Below, one piece after another: positions 39,456-48,558 of a stretch of DNA of 49,138 nt. Source of the DNA: Negativicutes bacterium (GTDB taxonomy: Bacteria; Bacillota; Negativicutes; JAGOZY01); assembly GCA_017995975.1 (NCBI GenBank), contig JAGOHU010000001.1, positions 1-49,138 on the forward strand. Reading direction: 5' to 3'. Made by a program: the position numbers and the translations under genes. The notes below the pieces were generated by a model. The model searched no databases. It had not been told where the DNA came from and was given only the letters and a program-made list of their open reading frames with translations. Position 1 is the stretch's first letter. Each line of letters starts with the position of its first letter.

Positions 39456-39899
39456 TCAGTTAATTTTTCCCCAAGATTTTTCTACTCTCACTCGAATTTC
39501 TCGAGCTGCTCTCTCGTACTGAGACCGATCGCCGCCGAAAGGGTCTGCAATTTCGCCCTCTAGCTCTGCAAATTCGGACAAGGTTTTAATTTTCTCACTT
39601 TCCTCTGGAAATTGAGCAATTAGAATCATTTTTTGGCTTTCCGTCATCGTCAAAATCCAATCAGAAGCTTTTAGAAAATCCGGGACGAGCTGTCGAGATT
39701 GGTGCTCCGAAATATCAATTCCTTGCCCTTTTAATATCTCCAGACTAGACACCGAAGCTTTTTGACCATTCCCTGCCATCAAGCCTGCTGACAAAACAGC
39801 AATATCTTTTCGATCTGCCTTTCCGATCAAATCTTTTAAGTAACCTTCCGCCATAGGGCTTCGACAAGTATTGCCAGTGCAAATAAAAAGAATATTCAT
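39456..39899 (-). CDS. ywlE: Low-molecular-weight protein phosphatase (YwlE-like arginine/tyrosine phosphatase)
   Basis: 147 aa. CX5R(S) active site in ILFICTGNTCRSPMAE and a downstream DP motif. Confidence 0.88.
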   Translation of the reverse strand: MNILFICTGNTCRSPMAEGYLKDLIGKADRKDIAVLSAGLMAGNGQKASVSSLEILKGQGIDISEHQSRQLVPDFLKASDWILTMTESQKMILIAQFPEESEKIKTLSEFAELEGEIADPFGGDRSQYERAAREIRVRVEKSWGKIN

Positions 39900-39900
39900 C

Positions 39901-40941
39901 CTAATCTCTCCTCTCTGCCTTCCAATACCGATGACTAGCAGCTTTCTTCATTCGGTTCATCAAAGCAACTCCTAGACCCACTTCAGAAACCGTAAGAATA
40001 TAAATTTCATCCATCTTTTGCCGGTCCATTTCTCTCAATAGACCATAAAAATCCGCTGCTAAAGGGGCAATGTCGCCCTCGGTCCCTCGTTGCAAAATTA
40101 TTACATTTTTCGGAATCGAATAATCGATAATTCCAATTAAAGAAATAAAAGCGATCTTTTTTTTGCTTTCTCCAGCATATCGTAGCATTTCTGCAACATC
40201 GATTAAATCTTCTAACATCACCATTTGAGCTTGAGGTGCATAGTGAGTATACTTCATGCCCGGAGCTTTTGGTTTTTCTTTTTCATCTACCAAAGCCGGA
40301 TCTGCTTCTACTAGGCCAACCACTTCTTCCAGCATTTCTAGTGTGATACTACCAGGACGCAAAATCATAGGTAATGAGCCTGTGCAATCAACCACTGTGG
40401 ATTCTAGCCCAAGCTCCGTACTACCTCCGTCAATCACTCCAGCGATTTTACCAGCTAAGTCTTCAATCACATCTTGGGCATTGGTCGGGCTTGGTCTGCC
40501 TGATAAATTTGCGCTCGGTGCCGCAATGGCCAGTCCAGCTTGCCGAATCAAGGACAAAGCAATTGGATGACTGGGCATACGAATGGCAACGCTCTCCAGA
40601 TCGGCTGTCGCTTCATAAGGAACTTTGTTGCTTTTCGGCAACACCAGTGTCAATGGGCCAGGCCAGAATCTTTCCATCAAAAGTCTCGCACTCGGAGTGA
40701 TCAGAGAAACAAGCTCATGGAGCTGAGAAAAATCACTAATATGGAGGATCAAGGGATTGTCCCCAGGCCTACCTTTTGTTGCAAAAATTTTACATAGAGC
40801 CTCTGGATTCAAACCATTTCCACCTAACCCATAAACTGTTTCAGTTGGAAAGGCAACTAATTCACCAGATTTTAAAAAATTTGCTGCTTCTTGAAGAGCA
40901 GGTAAATCAATCGAAGTCGAATTCATTTTCCAAACTTTCAT
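39901..40941 (-). CDS. tsaC: L-threonylcarbamoyladenylate synthase (Sua5/YwlC long form)
   Basis: 346 aa. YrdC domain (VAFPTETVYGLGGN, KGRPGDNPLILH) plus a Sua5 C-terminal domain. The start could instead be the ATG 15 nt downstream. Confidence 0.9.
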   Translation of the reverse strand: MKVWKMNSTSIDLPALQEAANFLKSGELVAFPTETVYGLGGNGLNPEALCKIFATKGRPGDNPLILHISDFSQLHELVSLITPSARLLMERFWPGPLTLVLPKSNKVPYEATADLESVAIRMPSHPIALSLIRQAGLAIAAPSANLSGRPSPTNAQDVIEDLAGKIAGVIDGGSTELGLESTVVDCTGSLPMILRPGSITLEMLEEVVGLVEADPALVDEKEKPKAPGMKYTHYAPQAQMVMLEDLIDVAEMLRYAGESKKKIAFISLIGIIDYSIPKNVIILQRGTEGDIAPLAADFYGLLREMDRQKMDEIYILTVSEVGLGVALMNRMKKAASHRYWKAERRD

Positions 40942-40965
40942 GACCTACTCTCCTTTCACAATGTT

Positions 40966-41820
40966 CTAACGGCTGAACAAAACCACCCGTTCAATTCCAC
41001 CATAGTCACAAATCGGTTTTTCCAACGTTTTCCAGCCTAACGTTTCGGCGATTTCGGTCACAGGCTGAGCCTGATGAATCCCAACTTCCATGAGCAAAAA
41101 GCCATTGGGTAATAAGTGTTTTTCGGCTTGTGTGAGCAAGCGGCGGTAAAAATCTAATCCATCCATTCCGCCATCCAAAGCCATCATAGGCTCTTTTTTC
41201 ACTTCCACCTGCAAGCCTGCCATATCTTTGGTCGGGATGTAAGGAGGATTCGAAAAAATTCCATGCACTTTTCGATCTCCCACTGGTTCGAGTAAATCGC
41301 CTAGCAGAAATCCAGCTCGATCCCCAACCTCTAATCTCAGACTATTTTCCTTAGCAATCTTTAATGCTTCGGGAGATAAATCTGTTCCAATTCCTTTTGC
41401 ATTCTCCACTTCCTTAAGGACACTTAGCAAAATCGCCCCACTACCTGTACAGATATCTAAAAATCGTGGTTCTTCAATCTCTTTTAAATAACGAATCCCT
41501 GCTTCAACTAAAAACTCTGTATCCGGTCGAGGGACCAAAACTGCTGGAGTCACTTTAAAGGAATGGCCCATAAATTCTTTTTCCTCAAGAATATAAGCCA
41601 CTGGCAGTCCTTCAATTCGCTTTTTCACCATGTCTCGATAGCGATCCACTTCCGATTCTTCCATCGGTTGATCAAAGCGGACATATAGTTGAATTCGTTC
41701 TAGCCCCACCACATGACATAATAAAACTTCAGCTGTCAAACGGGGTTGATCGATCTCTTTATTTTTAAAAAATGTGGCCGTCCGGGCCAAGAGTTCTCCA
41801 ATGGTCAATAAGGTACTCAT
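40966..41820 (-). CDS. prmC: Release factor glutamine N5-methyltransferase
   Basis: 284 aa. SAM motif DICTGSGAI and catalytic NPPY. Overlaps the prfA stop by 4 nt. Confidence 0.93.
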   Translation of the reverse strand: MSTLLTIGELLARTATFFKNKEIDQPRLTAEVLLCHVVGLERIQLYVRFDQPMEESEVDRYRDMVKKRIEGLPVAYILEEKEFMGHSFKVTPAVLVPRPDTEFLVEAGIRYLKEIEEPRFLDICTGSGAILLSVLKEVENAKGIGTDLSPEALKIAKENSLRLEVGDRAGFLLGDLLEPVGDRKVHGIFSNPPYIPTKDMAGLQVEVKKEPMMALDGGMDGLDFYRRLLTQAEKHLLPNGFLLMEVGIHQAQPVTEIAETLGWKTLEKPICDYGGIERVVLFSR

Positions 41821-42887
41821 GACTCTACAGCTTGAAGTTGCTCCGCTTGAGCCGATGCGATCAGCGGATCAATCAATTCATCTAATTCACCGTTTAAAAT
41901 CATATCTAATTTATGGAGAGTCAGACCAATTCGGTGATCCGAAACTCGTCCTTGAGGGAAATTGTAAGTCCGAATTCGCTCACTTCGGTCCCCAGTCCCT
42001 ACTTGCTCTTTCCGATTTTGGGCCAATTCGGCTGCTTGGGCTGCTTGAGCTGCTTCGAGCACTTTCGCTCGGAGAACTCGCATCGCTTTATCTTTGTTTT
42101 TAAGCTGAGACTTTTCATCTTGGCAAGTCACCACAATATTTGTTGGTAAATGTACAATCCGTACTGCTGATTCGGTACGGTTAACGTGTTGTCCACCAGC
42201 GCCACTGGCGCAATAGGTATCAATCCGCAGATCATTAGGGCCAATGTTTACCTCTACATCTTCTACCTCTGGTAACACCGCAACCGTCACAGTCGAAGTG
42301 TGGATTCGTCCGCCTGATTCGGTAGTAGGAATCCGTTGTACTCGGTGAACTCCGCTTTCATATTTGAGACGACTATAAGCGCCAGATCCACTAATCGCAA
42401 AAATAACTTCTTTGAAGCCTCCCAGCTCGGTTGGGTTGGATTCGAGAAGTTCCACTCGCCAGCCTCTTTCTTCTGCATAACGGTTGTACATACGAAATAA
42501 ATCTCCTGCAAAAAGTGCCGCTTCATCCCCACCAGCTCCGCCTCGTATCTCAACAATTACATCTTTCTCATCATTCGGGTCTTTAGGGAGAAGAAGAATT
42601 TTTAAATTTTGTTCGATTCCATCTACTTGAGGTTCTAGCTCATTCAGCTCAGCTTTCGCCATTTCAATCATTTCCGAGTCGGAGGTTTCTCTTAGAATTT
42701 CTTTTGCTTCTTGAATTCCTTCCATTACCACTCGGTATTTCCGATACTCTTCGACCAAAGGAGTCAATTGACCATGGGCCCGCATTTCTTTTTGCCACTC
42801 GCTTTGATTGGCGATCAGTTCCGGATCAGAAATTCGGGACTCCAATTCTTGATATCTTTCTTCAAACACTCGCAATTTATTTAACAC
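41817..42887 (-). CDS. prfA: Peptide chain release factor 1
   Basis: 356 aa. SGAGGQHVN (GGQ) motif; PxT tripeptide anticodon region (RIPTTES). Confidence 0.97.
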   Translation of the reverse strand: MLNKLRVFEERYQELESRISDPELIANQSEWQKEMRAHGQLTPLVEEYRKYRVVMEGIQEAKEILRETSDSEMIEMAKAELNELEPQVDGIEQNLKILLLPKDPNDEKDVIVEIRGGAGGDEAALFAGDLFRMYNRYAEERGWRVELLESNPTELGGFKEVIFAISGSGAYSRLKYESGVHRVQRIPTTESGGRIHTSTVTVAVLPEVEDVEVNIGPNDLRIDTYCASGAGGQHVNRTESAVRIVHLPTNIVVTCQDEKSQLKNKDKAMRVLRAKVLEAAQAAQAAELAQNRKEQVGTGDRSERIRTYNFPQGRVSDHRIGLTLHKLDMILNGELDELIDPLIASAQAEQLQAVES

Positions 42888-42914
42888 AATCTTTTCTCCC
42901 TTTCGATTTTCTCT

Positions 42915-43820
42915 TTACGAAATTAATGGTAATTCAGATTCTTCCACTTTTTCAGACGAACCGCTCAAAGCATTTTCTAATGAAACAATCGCTACTTCAA
43001 TTTGACTCTCATCAGGCTCTCGAGTTGTTAGGTTTTGAAGCATCAACCCAGGAAACATAATCATTTTAATGAACCAGTGATCACTACTTCCACCAAGGCG
43101 AATCAACTCATAAGCTAAGCCTGCCACCAAAGGAAGCAGTCCAATACGCCATAATATCCGTTCTGGCAAAGAGGACCAAGTCACAAAAGCAGAAACGATA
43201 ATACTCACCATCACCACTAGAAAAAGAAAATTCGTACCACAGCGGGGGTGAAGTCGAGTGTAAGGTTTCACATTTTCCACAGTTAGTTCTTTGCCATTTT
43301 CATAAGCATAAATGGTTTTATGCTCTGCCCCATGATATTCAAAAACTCGACGAATATCTTTCAGTTGGGAAATACCCACCAAATAAGCCAAAAAGATAAA
43401 TACCTTCATCAGCCCTTCAATGACACTTAGTTGCCAACTTGGCAGACCTTCCGGAGCTAAAAAGCGAGTTGCCACGCTGGGAAGAGCTACAAAAAGACCT
43501 AAGGCCAATAGGAAGCCAAGTCCCATCATCAAAGTACTTAACCAGCCACTTTCGCCGCCTTCTTCTTCTTCACCTAGGACAACTGCCGAAAAATGTAAGG
43601 CCTTCGCTCCAATTTTCATAGATTCGATCATTCCGGCTGCACCACGCAAAAGAGGCCATTTCAAAATCGGCCAGCGTTTTCCCCAAGAATCAATCTCTTC
43701 AGTTTCTACACTGATTTCACCTTGAAGATTTCTCACCGCAATCGCCATATGGTCTCCGGCTCGCATCATGACTCCCTCAAGAACTGCTTGCCCACCAACT
43801 TTTTGTATATTTTTACCCAT
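42915..43820 (-). CDS. DUF1385 family membrane protein
   Basis: 301 aa. GGQAVLEGVMMR N-terminus and the YHGAEHK motif. Conserved position between rpmE and prfA in Firmicutes. Confidence 0.8.
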   Translation of the reverse strand: MGKNIQKVGGQAVLEGVMMRAGDHMAIAVRNLQGEISVETEEIDSWGKRWPILKWPLLRGAAGMIESMKIGAKALHFSAVVLGEEEEGGESGWLSTLMMGLGFLLALGLFVALPSVATRFLAPEGLPSWQLSVIEGLMKVFIFLAYLVGISQLKDIRRVFEYHGAEHKTIYAYENGKELTVENVKPYTRLHPRCGTNFLFLVVMVSIIVSAFVTWSSLPERILWRIGLLPLVAGLAYELIRLGGSSDHWFIKMIMFPGLMLQNLTTREPDESQIEVAIVSLENALSGSSEKVEESELPLIS

Positions 43821-43865
43821 AATTTCTCCTCTATATCAAGTGAACCAAATTCACAATATCACGCT

Positions 43866-43894
43866 AGAAAAATAGCAGAGCATCACTGCTCTGC
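43866..43894 (-). terminator. Intrinsic terminator after rpmE
   Basis: GCAGAGCA-GTGA-TGCTCTGC, an 8-bp stem followed by TATTTTTCT on the minus strand. Confidence 0.7.
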
Positions 43895-43919
43895 CATCTG
43901 TCTTCTTATCCAATTGAAC

Positions 43920-44120
43920 TTACTTAGCTCCGTAACGACGGTTAAATTGCTCAACCCGACCACGAGCAGCTACATTACGTTGTTGCCCTGTATAGAATGG
44001 GTGACAATTCGAACAAACATCTACACGCAAACTTTCTTTTGTCGAGCCAGTTTCAAAAGCATTTCCACAACCGCATTGTACTTTTGCTTGTTGATATTTA
44101 GGATGAATTCCTTCTTTCAT
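43920..44120 (-). CDS. rpmE: 50S ribosomal protein L31 (Zn-ribbon type)
   Basis: 66 aa. [10 protein letters not shown]-terminus and four Cys (CGC...CSNC). Confidence 0.96.
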   Translation of the reverse strand: MKEGIHPKYQQAKVQCGCGNAFETGSTKESLRVDVCSNCHPFYTGQQRNVAARGRVEQFNRRYGAK

Positions 44121-44172
44121 TTGAGTTCACCTACCTTGCTTATACATTCATGTTTACCACATGCTACAGTAT

Positions 44173-44200
44173 ATTATAGCACACTTTTTTTCCCCTGCAA
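44173..44200 (-). promoter_or_regulatory. SigA-type promoter of rpmE
   Basis: Minus strand has TTGCAG (44200-44195), a 16-nt spacer ending in TGC (the extended -10 TGn), and TATAAT (44178-44173). Confidence 0.6.
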
Positions 44201-44218
44201 ATATTTTCTATAAATAAA

Positions 44219-44929
44219 TCAGATTGTTGATTTTTCAACTGGCCAAGGCCAAATCCAATCAAGGACTAACATACAAAAAGCAACGATTACCATGGCTCCA
44301 ATTACATCACTTAAAAAATGATTTCCCTCCACTATTCGCATAAAGCCTGCAAACAAAGAGTAGACAAAACCAGCTAGGAAAATGAAATCTCTTTTGCGCT
44401 TTTTTTCCGTCGTGACTGCCAGAGCAATTAATGAAAAAGAGCCTGCTGTATGACCACTTGGAAAAGAACGTTCCTCATTGGGAACGAAAGCCAGATTCGT
44501 ATCTTTAAATTCCAGCACCGGGGCAAAAGAACGGGTACCTCCAAATTCAATTAACGAATAAGGTCGGGGGCGTTCAGAGGTGAACTTCAGATTTTGAACC
44601 ACCCCTACAGCTCCAATCAGCATAATCAATACAAAGAAGAGCAATCGTTGCCCTTTGTTGCACAACTCTTTTTTGCGAAACCAGATTCGTGCCGCTCGCC
44701 CGAGAAATAGAATTACAAATAGAGTGCTAAAAAAATACACACTATAATCAGAAATTCTTGCAATCCGCCAGTGAGAGCCGATAAATTCGCCATTTTCAAA
44801 AAACAGTCCGCTAAATGCTAAATCTTTAGCTGGATTTGCCCATAAGTAAATAAAAAGAACCAAAGCTAACGATAAAATAATCCGCAAGGGCTTTCGTAAT
44901 TCTTGTAGCACAAATCCAACTCCCCTCAC
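44219..44929 (-). CDS. PAP2-superfamily membrane lipid phosphatase
   Basis: All three PAP2 motifs are present: KFTSERPRP, PSGH, and R-x5-H-x3-D in RIVEGNHFLSD. The start is uncertain, either GTG 44929 or GTG 44911 (the latter has a GGGGAG SD). Confidence 0.8.
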   Translation of the reverse strand: MRGVGFVLQELRKPLRIILSLALVLFIYLWANPAKDLAFSGLFFENGEFIGSHWRIARISDYSVYFFSTLFVILFLGRAARIWFRKKELCNKGQRLLFFVLIMLIGAVGVVQNLKFTSERPRPYSLIEFGGTRSFAPVLEFKDTNLAFVPNEERSFPSGHTAGSFSLIALAVTTEKKRKRDFIFLAGFVYSLFAGFMRIVEGNHFLSDVIGAMVIVAFCMLVLDWIWPWPVEKSTI

Positions 44930-44931
44930 TA

Positions 44932-45795
44932 CTAATCAAATAAACTTGTTTGCTCTTCCGATTTCCCAGCTTCGACTACTTTAGGTAGCGGAGGCATTTT
45001 GGCAACCCCTTCTCTCGGCCAGTCAAACACAGCTACTAAGGGTGCATGATCCGATGGCTTTTCTTTCCCTCGAAATTCTCTCAACACATAAGAATCAGTC
45101 GAACAGGCAGCTAAGGCAGGAGTTGCCCAAATATGGTCAATCCGCCATCCTAAATTTCTTTCAAATCCATTGATCCCTCGATAATCCCAAAAGGTAAATT
45201 CATCTGTACCAGTACGGAATTTGCGGAAGATATCTTCCCAACCCCAGCTCATCAAATCAGTCATGATTTTTCGTTCTTCCGGATGAAAGCCAACCGAACC
45301 AGCCAAACGCTTCGGATCATGCACATCAAAATCACCTACTGCTACATTTAAGTCACCTAACCAAATCCAAGGCTGATCTGGATTGCCAAAAAAGTTCCAG
45401 TAATTTTTCATTTGTTTGAGCCAGCCCAATTTATAAAACCATGGCTCTGTGTCCACTTCACGGCCTTGGGGTACATAGGAATTCACCACGCGAACCCCAT
45501 CAATTGTGGCAGAAATTAAGCGTGCTTCTCCTGGTAGCTCCCAACCACCGCTGCCAAAGCGTACATCTTCCAGAGGCAAAGTAGAGGCGATCGCTACTCC
45601 GTTGTAGCTTTTTTCGCCTTTGAATGCCACATGATAGTTACGCTCTTCAAACCACTCAAGAGGAAATTTATCATCCATCACTTTGGTTTCTTGCAAAGCA
45701 ATCACCGTAGGTTTTTCTTTTTCCAAAAGTTCGTCCAAAGCCTCAAGTCGACTACGGATCGAATTTACATTGTAAGTAATAATTTTAAAGCTCAT
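44932..45795 (-). CDS. xth: Exodeoxyribonuclease III (AP endonuclease, EEP family)
   Basis: MSFKIITYNVNSIRSR, LQETK and the C-terminal PSDHAP. ATG 45795 follows AAGGAGG and overlaps the upstream stop (ATGA). Confidence 0.92.
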   Translation of the reverse strand: MSFKIITYNVNSIRSRLEALDELLEKEKPTVIALQETKVMDDKFPLEWFEERNYHVAFKGEKSYNGVAIASTLPLEDVRFGSGGWELPGEARLISATIDGVRVVNSYVPQGREVDTEPWFYKLGWLKQMKNYWNFFGNPDQPWIWLGDLNVAVGDFDVHDPKRLAGSVGFHPEERKIMTDLMSWGWEDIFRKFRTGTDEFTFWDYRGINGFERNLGWRIDHIWATPALAACSTDSYVLREFRGKEKPSDHAPLVAVFDWPREGVAKMPPLPKVVEAGKSEEQTSLFD

Positions 45796-46604
45796 TTCAT
45801 TTCCTCCTTCCAATAAGGAACTACTTGGCAAATTTCAGCTGACGGGACTGTTTGTTGTATTTTTTTTACAAATCGCGACAAGCTCAATTCTTCTTGATCC
45901 GCTTCAGTAAGTAACTCAAAAAGAGCTTCCCATTCACAAATTCCATTAATCATATGAATCTGTTTGGGCTGGTGACTTTCTAAGAAATTTACCAATCCTT
46001 CAACTTCATGAGCCGAATTCGAAATTCCTGGAACATAGTGAATCACCACTGCCGACTCAGTTGGGAGATTTTCAACTCGGGATAATCCCATTATTTTTTG
46101 AAGCTCCCCACGATAGCTAAACCAATGAACTTCTGGTAATTCTTCTGAAATGGGATTCTTCACTCGACTAGCAGCCACCCAATTTTGATTCTGCCAACAG
46201 GTTAAAGCCCCATAAGCTAGCGGAGGCAACGATTCTTCTCCTTTGGCTGAGCTATCAAAAGCTGATAAAGCATTCAAAATATATCCTTCAGGCAATACTG
46301 CACCTACCGCCGTCATAGGCAAAGGCAATATTTCAATTTCATCTTTTTTCCACAACATCGGCTTTCGGCTCGGCAACGAATACAAAACGCTGTCTTTATT
46401 CAAAGGCAAAAGTTCTTGAGGTTCTAACGGAGCAATCTTAATCCCTTTTCTACCTAATGCTCGATAGCCAGGAATATCATAAAGGCTTCCTTCTATATCT
46501 CCATAAAGAGGACGAGGATAGCCGACACTTTCAAACTTTGGAAGCTCTCTTCCTTTTTTTTCAGTCCCTTTTTTACTCGGACTTTTCTGTTGCTTGTTCT
46601 TCAT
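45792..46604 (-). CDS. Hypothetical protein with a Lys-rich N-terminal tail
   Basis: 270 aa from ATG 46604 (289 aa in the track ORF, from 46661). No family recognised. Translationally coupled to xth, and its 5' end overlaps the pth 3' tail. Confidence 0.6.
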   Translation of the reverse strand: MKNKQQKSPSKKGTEKKGRELPKFESVGYPRPLYGDIEGSLYDIPGYRALGRKGIKIAPLEPQELLPLNKDSVLYSLPSRKPMLWKKDEIEILPLPMTAVGAVLPEGYILNALSAFDSSAKGEESLPPLAYGALTCWQNQNWVAASRVKNPISEELPEVHWFSYRGELQKIMGLSRVENLPTESAVVIHYVPGISNSAHEVEGLVNFLESHQPKQIHMINGICEWEALFELLTEADQEELSLSRFVKKIQQTVPSAEICQVVPYWKEEMK

Positions 46605-47205
46605 CGTTCTTTTCTTTCCTTGCCTTTTTTTCTTCTTTTTTATTTCGTCGATGAATATCATTCATCACATTGCTCAGTTCTTCTTTCACAAACCGCTCTG
46701 CTGCCTCGGCGGCTAATCCAATCGCTTCTTTAAACAGAGGTGCCTCTTCTTCGGTGGGACGAGACAACACATAGTCTGGTACCTTCCAGCCCGTCGGCGG
46801 CCGTCCGATTCCCATCCGAATTCGGGGAAAATCCTCAGCTCCCAAGCGCTGGATAATTGAGGTCATTCCCCTTTGTCCACCGGATGAGCCATTTTTCCGA
46901 ATCCGTACTTGCCCAGCTGGCAAATCAAGATCATCATAAATAACAATCAAATCTTCTAAAGGAACCTTAAAAAAATGAAGCAATGGTTGTACCGCATCGC
47001 CACTTAGATTCATAAAAGTCTGAGGCATCACCAAAAGAACTTTTTCAGCACCAATACGAATCTCCCCAACACTAGCATTGTATTGATCTTTCCAATTAGT
47101 CACCTTAAACTTTTCTGCCAAAGCTTCGATCACCCAAAAGCCTGCATTATGCCTTGTATTCACATATTCTCTGCCCGGATTCCCCAAGCCTACGATTACT
47201 TTCAT
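46573..47205 (-). CDS. pth: Peptidyl-tRNA hydrolase with a charged C-terminal extension
   Basis: MKVIVGLGNPGREYVNTRHNAGF and the rest of the Pth core, followed by about 25 extra Lys/Glu-rich residues. Confidence 0.94.
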   Translation of the reverse strand: MKVIVGLGNPGREYVNTRHNAGFWVIEALAEKFKVTNWKDQYNASVGEIRIGAEKVLLVMPQTFMNLSGDAVQPLLHFFKVPLEDLIVIYDDLDLPAGQVRIRKNGSSGGQRGMTSIIQRLGAEDFPRIRMGIGRPPTGWKVPDYVLSRPTEEEAPLFKEAIGLAAEAAERFVKEELSNVMNDIHRRNKKEEKKARKEKNDEEQATEKSE

Positions 47206-47344
47206 TGATTACCCGCTCCTAAATATAAAATAAAACTCTACCTCTTATTGTCCCATAAATGAGAAAAAAAATCAGCAAATCTTTTCGACTCAATTTAGTT
47301 CACTCTTTTTTACCCTTTTATCTCGTAACAATTAATAATAGTTA

Positions 47345-47373
47345 TTGTTTTTGCTCTTTCTTTTTTGTATAAT
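47345..47373 (+). promoter_or_regulatory. SigA-type promoter of the Bfd-like gene
   Basis: TTGTTT (47345-47350), a 17-nt spacer ending in TG, and TATAAT (47368-47373), about 55 nt upstream of the ATG. Confidence 0.6.
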
Positions 47374-47426
47374 CAAAAAGTAGATTCGATTCTACCAAAT
47401 TATAAATATTATTGGAGGTATTCATT

Positions 47427-47600
47427 ATGGATAAAAGTACAACCGTATGTCATTGCTTTAGTGTAACTGTAGGTCAAATCGAAGATGCAGTCAAAGGTGG
47501 AGCAGAGACTCTTGAAGCAGTTCAAGAAGCAACTCAAGCTGGAACTGGTTGCGGAGCTTGCAAACCAGTCATCCAAGAAGTAATTGACTCTGTAAAATAG
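47427..47600 (+). CDS. Bfd-like [2Fe-2S]-binding domain protein
   Basis: 57 aa. The Cys pattern VCHCF...GTGCGAC matches the BFD-like 2Fe-2S domain. ATG 47427 follows GGAGG; the track ORF starts at TTG 47412 inside the SD. This is the only plus-strand gene. Confidence 0.8.
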   Translation: MDKSTTVCHCFSVTVGQIEDAVKGGAETLEAVQEATQAGTGCGACKPVIQEVIDSVK

Positions 47601-47644
47601 TAAATTTACTCCCACAACAGATCTTGCCTAATGTAAAAAAAATA

Positions 47645-47695
47645 AAAAACCTCCTAATATAGAGTAGAAAAACTACAATATGTTAGGAGGTTTTT
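47645..47695. terminator. Bidirectional intrinsic terminator between the convergent Bfd-like and secreted-protein genes
   Basis: AAAAACCTCCTAA...TTAGGAGGTTTTT. The core 8-bp stem CCTCCTAA/TTAGGAGG is extended by A/T pairs, with an A-run on the left and a T-run on the right. Confidence 0.75.
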
Positions 47696-47813
47696 TATTT
47701 GGAAGAAGAAATGATCTGTTACAACTTCGATATGTAAGGTTTCTTTGAAAACTCCGTCTTCGTAGCACTACCCACATTATAAGGACAAAAATATCACAAC
47801 TTCATGATTTCAA

Positions 47814-48356
47814 CTAATAAGCTTTGTCGATTAAATCTGGACTTAAAAATACTCCTGACCCTGGCTCGGAATACCAATTATTAAATCCATAGAATTGTGT
47901 CCACCCTATTTTTTTACTCTTATGATCTTTTGCCATAATCCACAAATCACTAGTTATTTTTATTTTGTTACTGTTCAACTGAACAGAAAATATCTTATCG
48001 AAATTCCCATAATCTGCCCAAACAGAATAGAATCCTTCGCCATCATAGTACAAAAAATAAATCGTACTATCTTCTGTTGAAATCTGTTTACTTTGATAAG
48101 GATAGGTATGAAGTTGAGACCCCATAGCAGTAGCTGTATTATCTTTTTTTAAAATAAAAGCAACCTCACTATCAGAAGACGGTTCTTGGTAGAAAATAAC
48201 ATCCATTTTAGGTTTCATCCATTTTTTCCCTGCAGTTATGTCAAAATTCACTTCTCCATTTAACTTATTTGGTATTATTAATTTGGCTGGTGGTGATGAC
48301 GCAAAAGAAACTGAAGCAAATATCATAACAACAAAGATCAAAAAGATTTTTTTCAA
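47814..48356 (-). CDS. Secreted hypothetical protein (AT-rich gene)
   Basis: Signal peptide KKIFLIFVVMIFASVSFASS, then an aromatic-rich, beta-looking sequence. No family recognised. Start either TTG 48356 or GTG 48374. By eye it is clearly more AT-rich than the flanking genes. Confidence 0.6.
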   Translation of the reverse strand: MKKIFLIFVVMIFASVSFASSPPAKLIIPNKLNGEVNFDITAGKKWMKPKMDVIFYQEPSSDSEVAFILKKDNTATAMGSQLHTYPYQSKQISTEDSTIYFLYYDGEGFYSVWADYGNFDKIFSVQLNSNKIKITSDLWIMAKDHKSKKIGWTQFYGFNNWYSEPGSGVFLSPDLIDKAY

Positions 48357-48389
48357 CTCACTCACTCCTCCCACTCTTAGGACACAGGG

Positions 48390-48489
48390 TCGTTTTTACC
48401 GTTGGGAATAGATTCAATCTTCGTTTCACTCGATTTCATCAAGGCTACGGTATCCCTCGTACTAGGACTTTTTCGTCACTTTGTTCCTT
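48390..48489. repeat. Copy 1 of a 100-nt near-identical direct repeat (candidate structured RNA element), just upstream of the secreted-protein gene on the minus strand
   Basis: Hand alignment to 48559-48658 gives 98/100 identical bases with a 169-nt offset. Internal complementary segments are listed in the findings. Confidence 0.85.
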
Positions 48490-48507
48490 GAAAAGTTGCA
48501 CACACAC

Positions 48508-48548
48508 ACAAAAGCCCACTCCAAACTTTCGTTCCGAGTGGGCTTTTT
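48508..48548. terminator. Strong hairpin terminator between the two repeat copies
   Basis: GCCCACTC (48514-48521) pairs with GAGTGGGC (48536-48543), with an inner AAC-GAAA-GTT extension. On the minus strand it is followed by TTTTG(TG)n; on the plus strand by TTTTTAT. Confidence 0.75.
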
Positions 48549-48558
48549 ATAGATTTAC

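Noticed and set aside
47409-47615. A 68-aa minus-strand ORF exactly antisense to the Bfd-like gene.
   Set aside because: The plus-strand frame has the conserved Cys pattern, an SD and a promoter. The antisense frame has none of these.
47711-47781. A tiny ORF (MICYNFDM, 47711-47737) and an orphan TATAAT on the minus strand (47776-47781) in the 3' region of the secreted-protein gene. These were considered as a possible sRNA or micropeptide.
   Set aside because: There is no acceptable -35 at 16-18 nt spacing and the SD is weak. The region is adequately explained as a 3' UTR leading into the bidirectional terminator.
48499-48510. A (CA)6 / (TG)6 dinucleotide run between the terminator and repeat copy 1, considered as a possible phase-variation tract.
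   Set aside because: Six units is short, and it is not inside a coding region or a recognisable promoter spacer. It may simply extend the terminator U/G-rich tail. It is noted only as context for the repeat finding.
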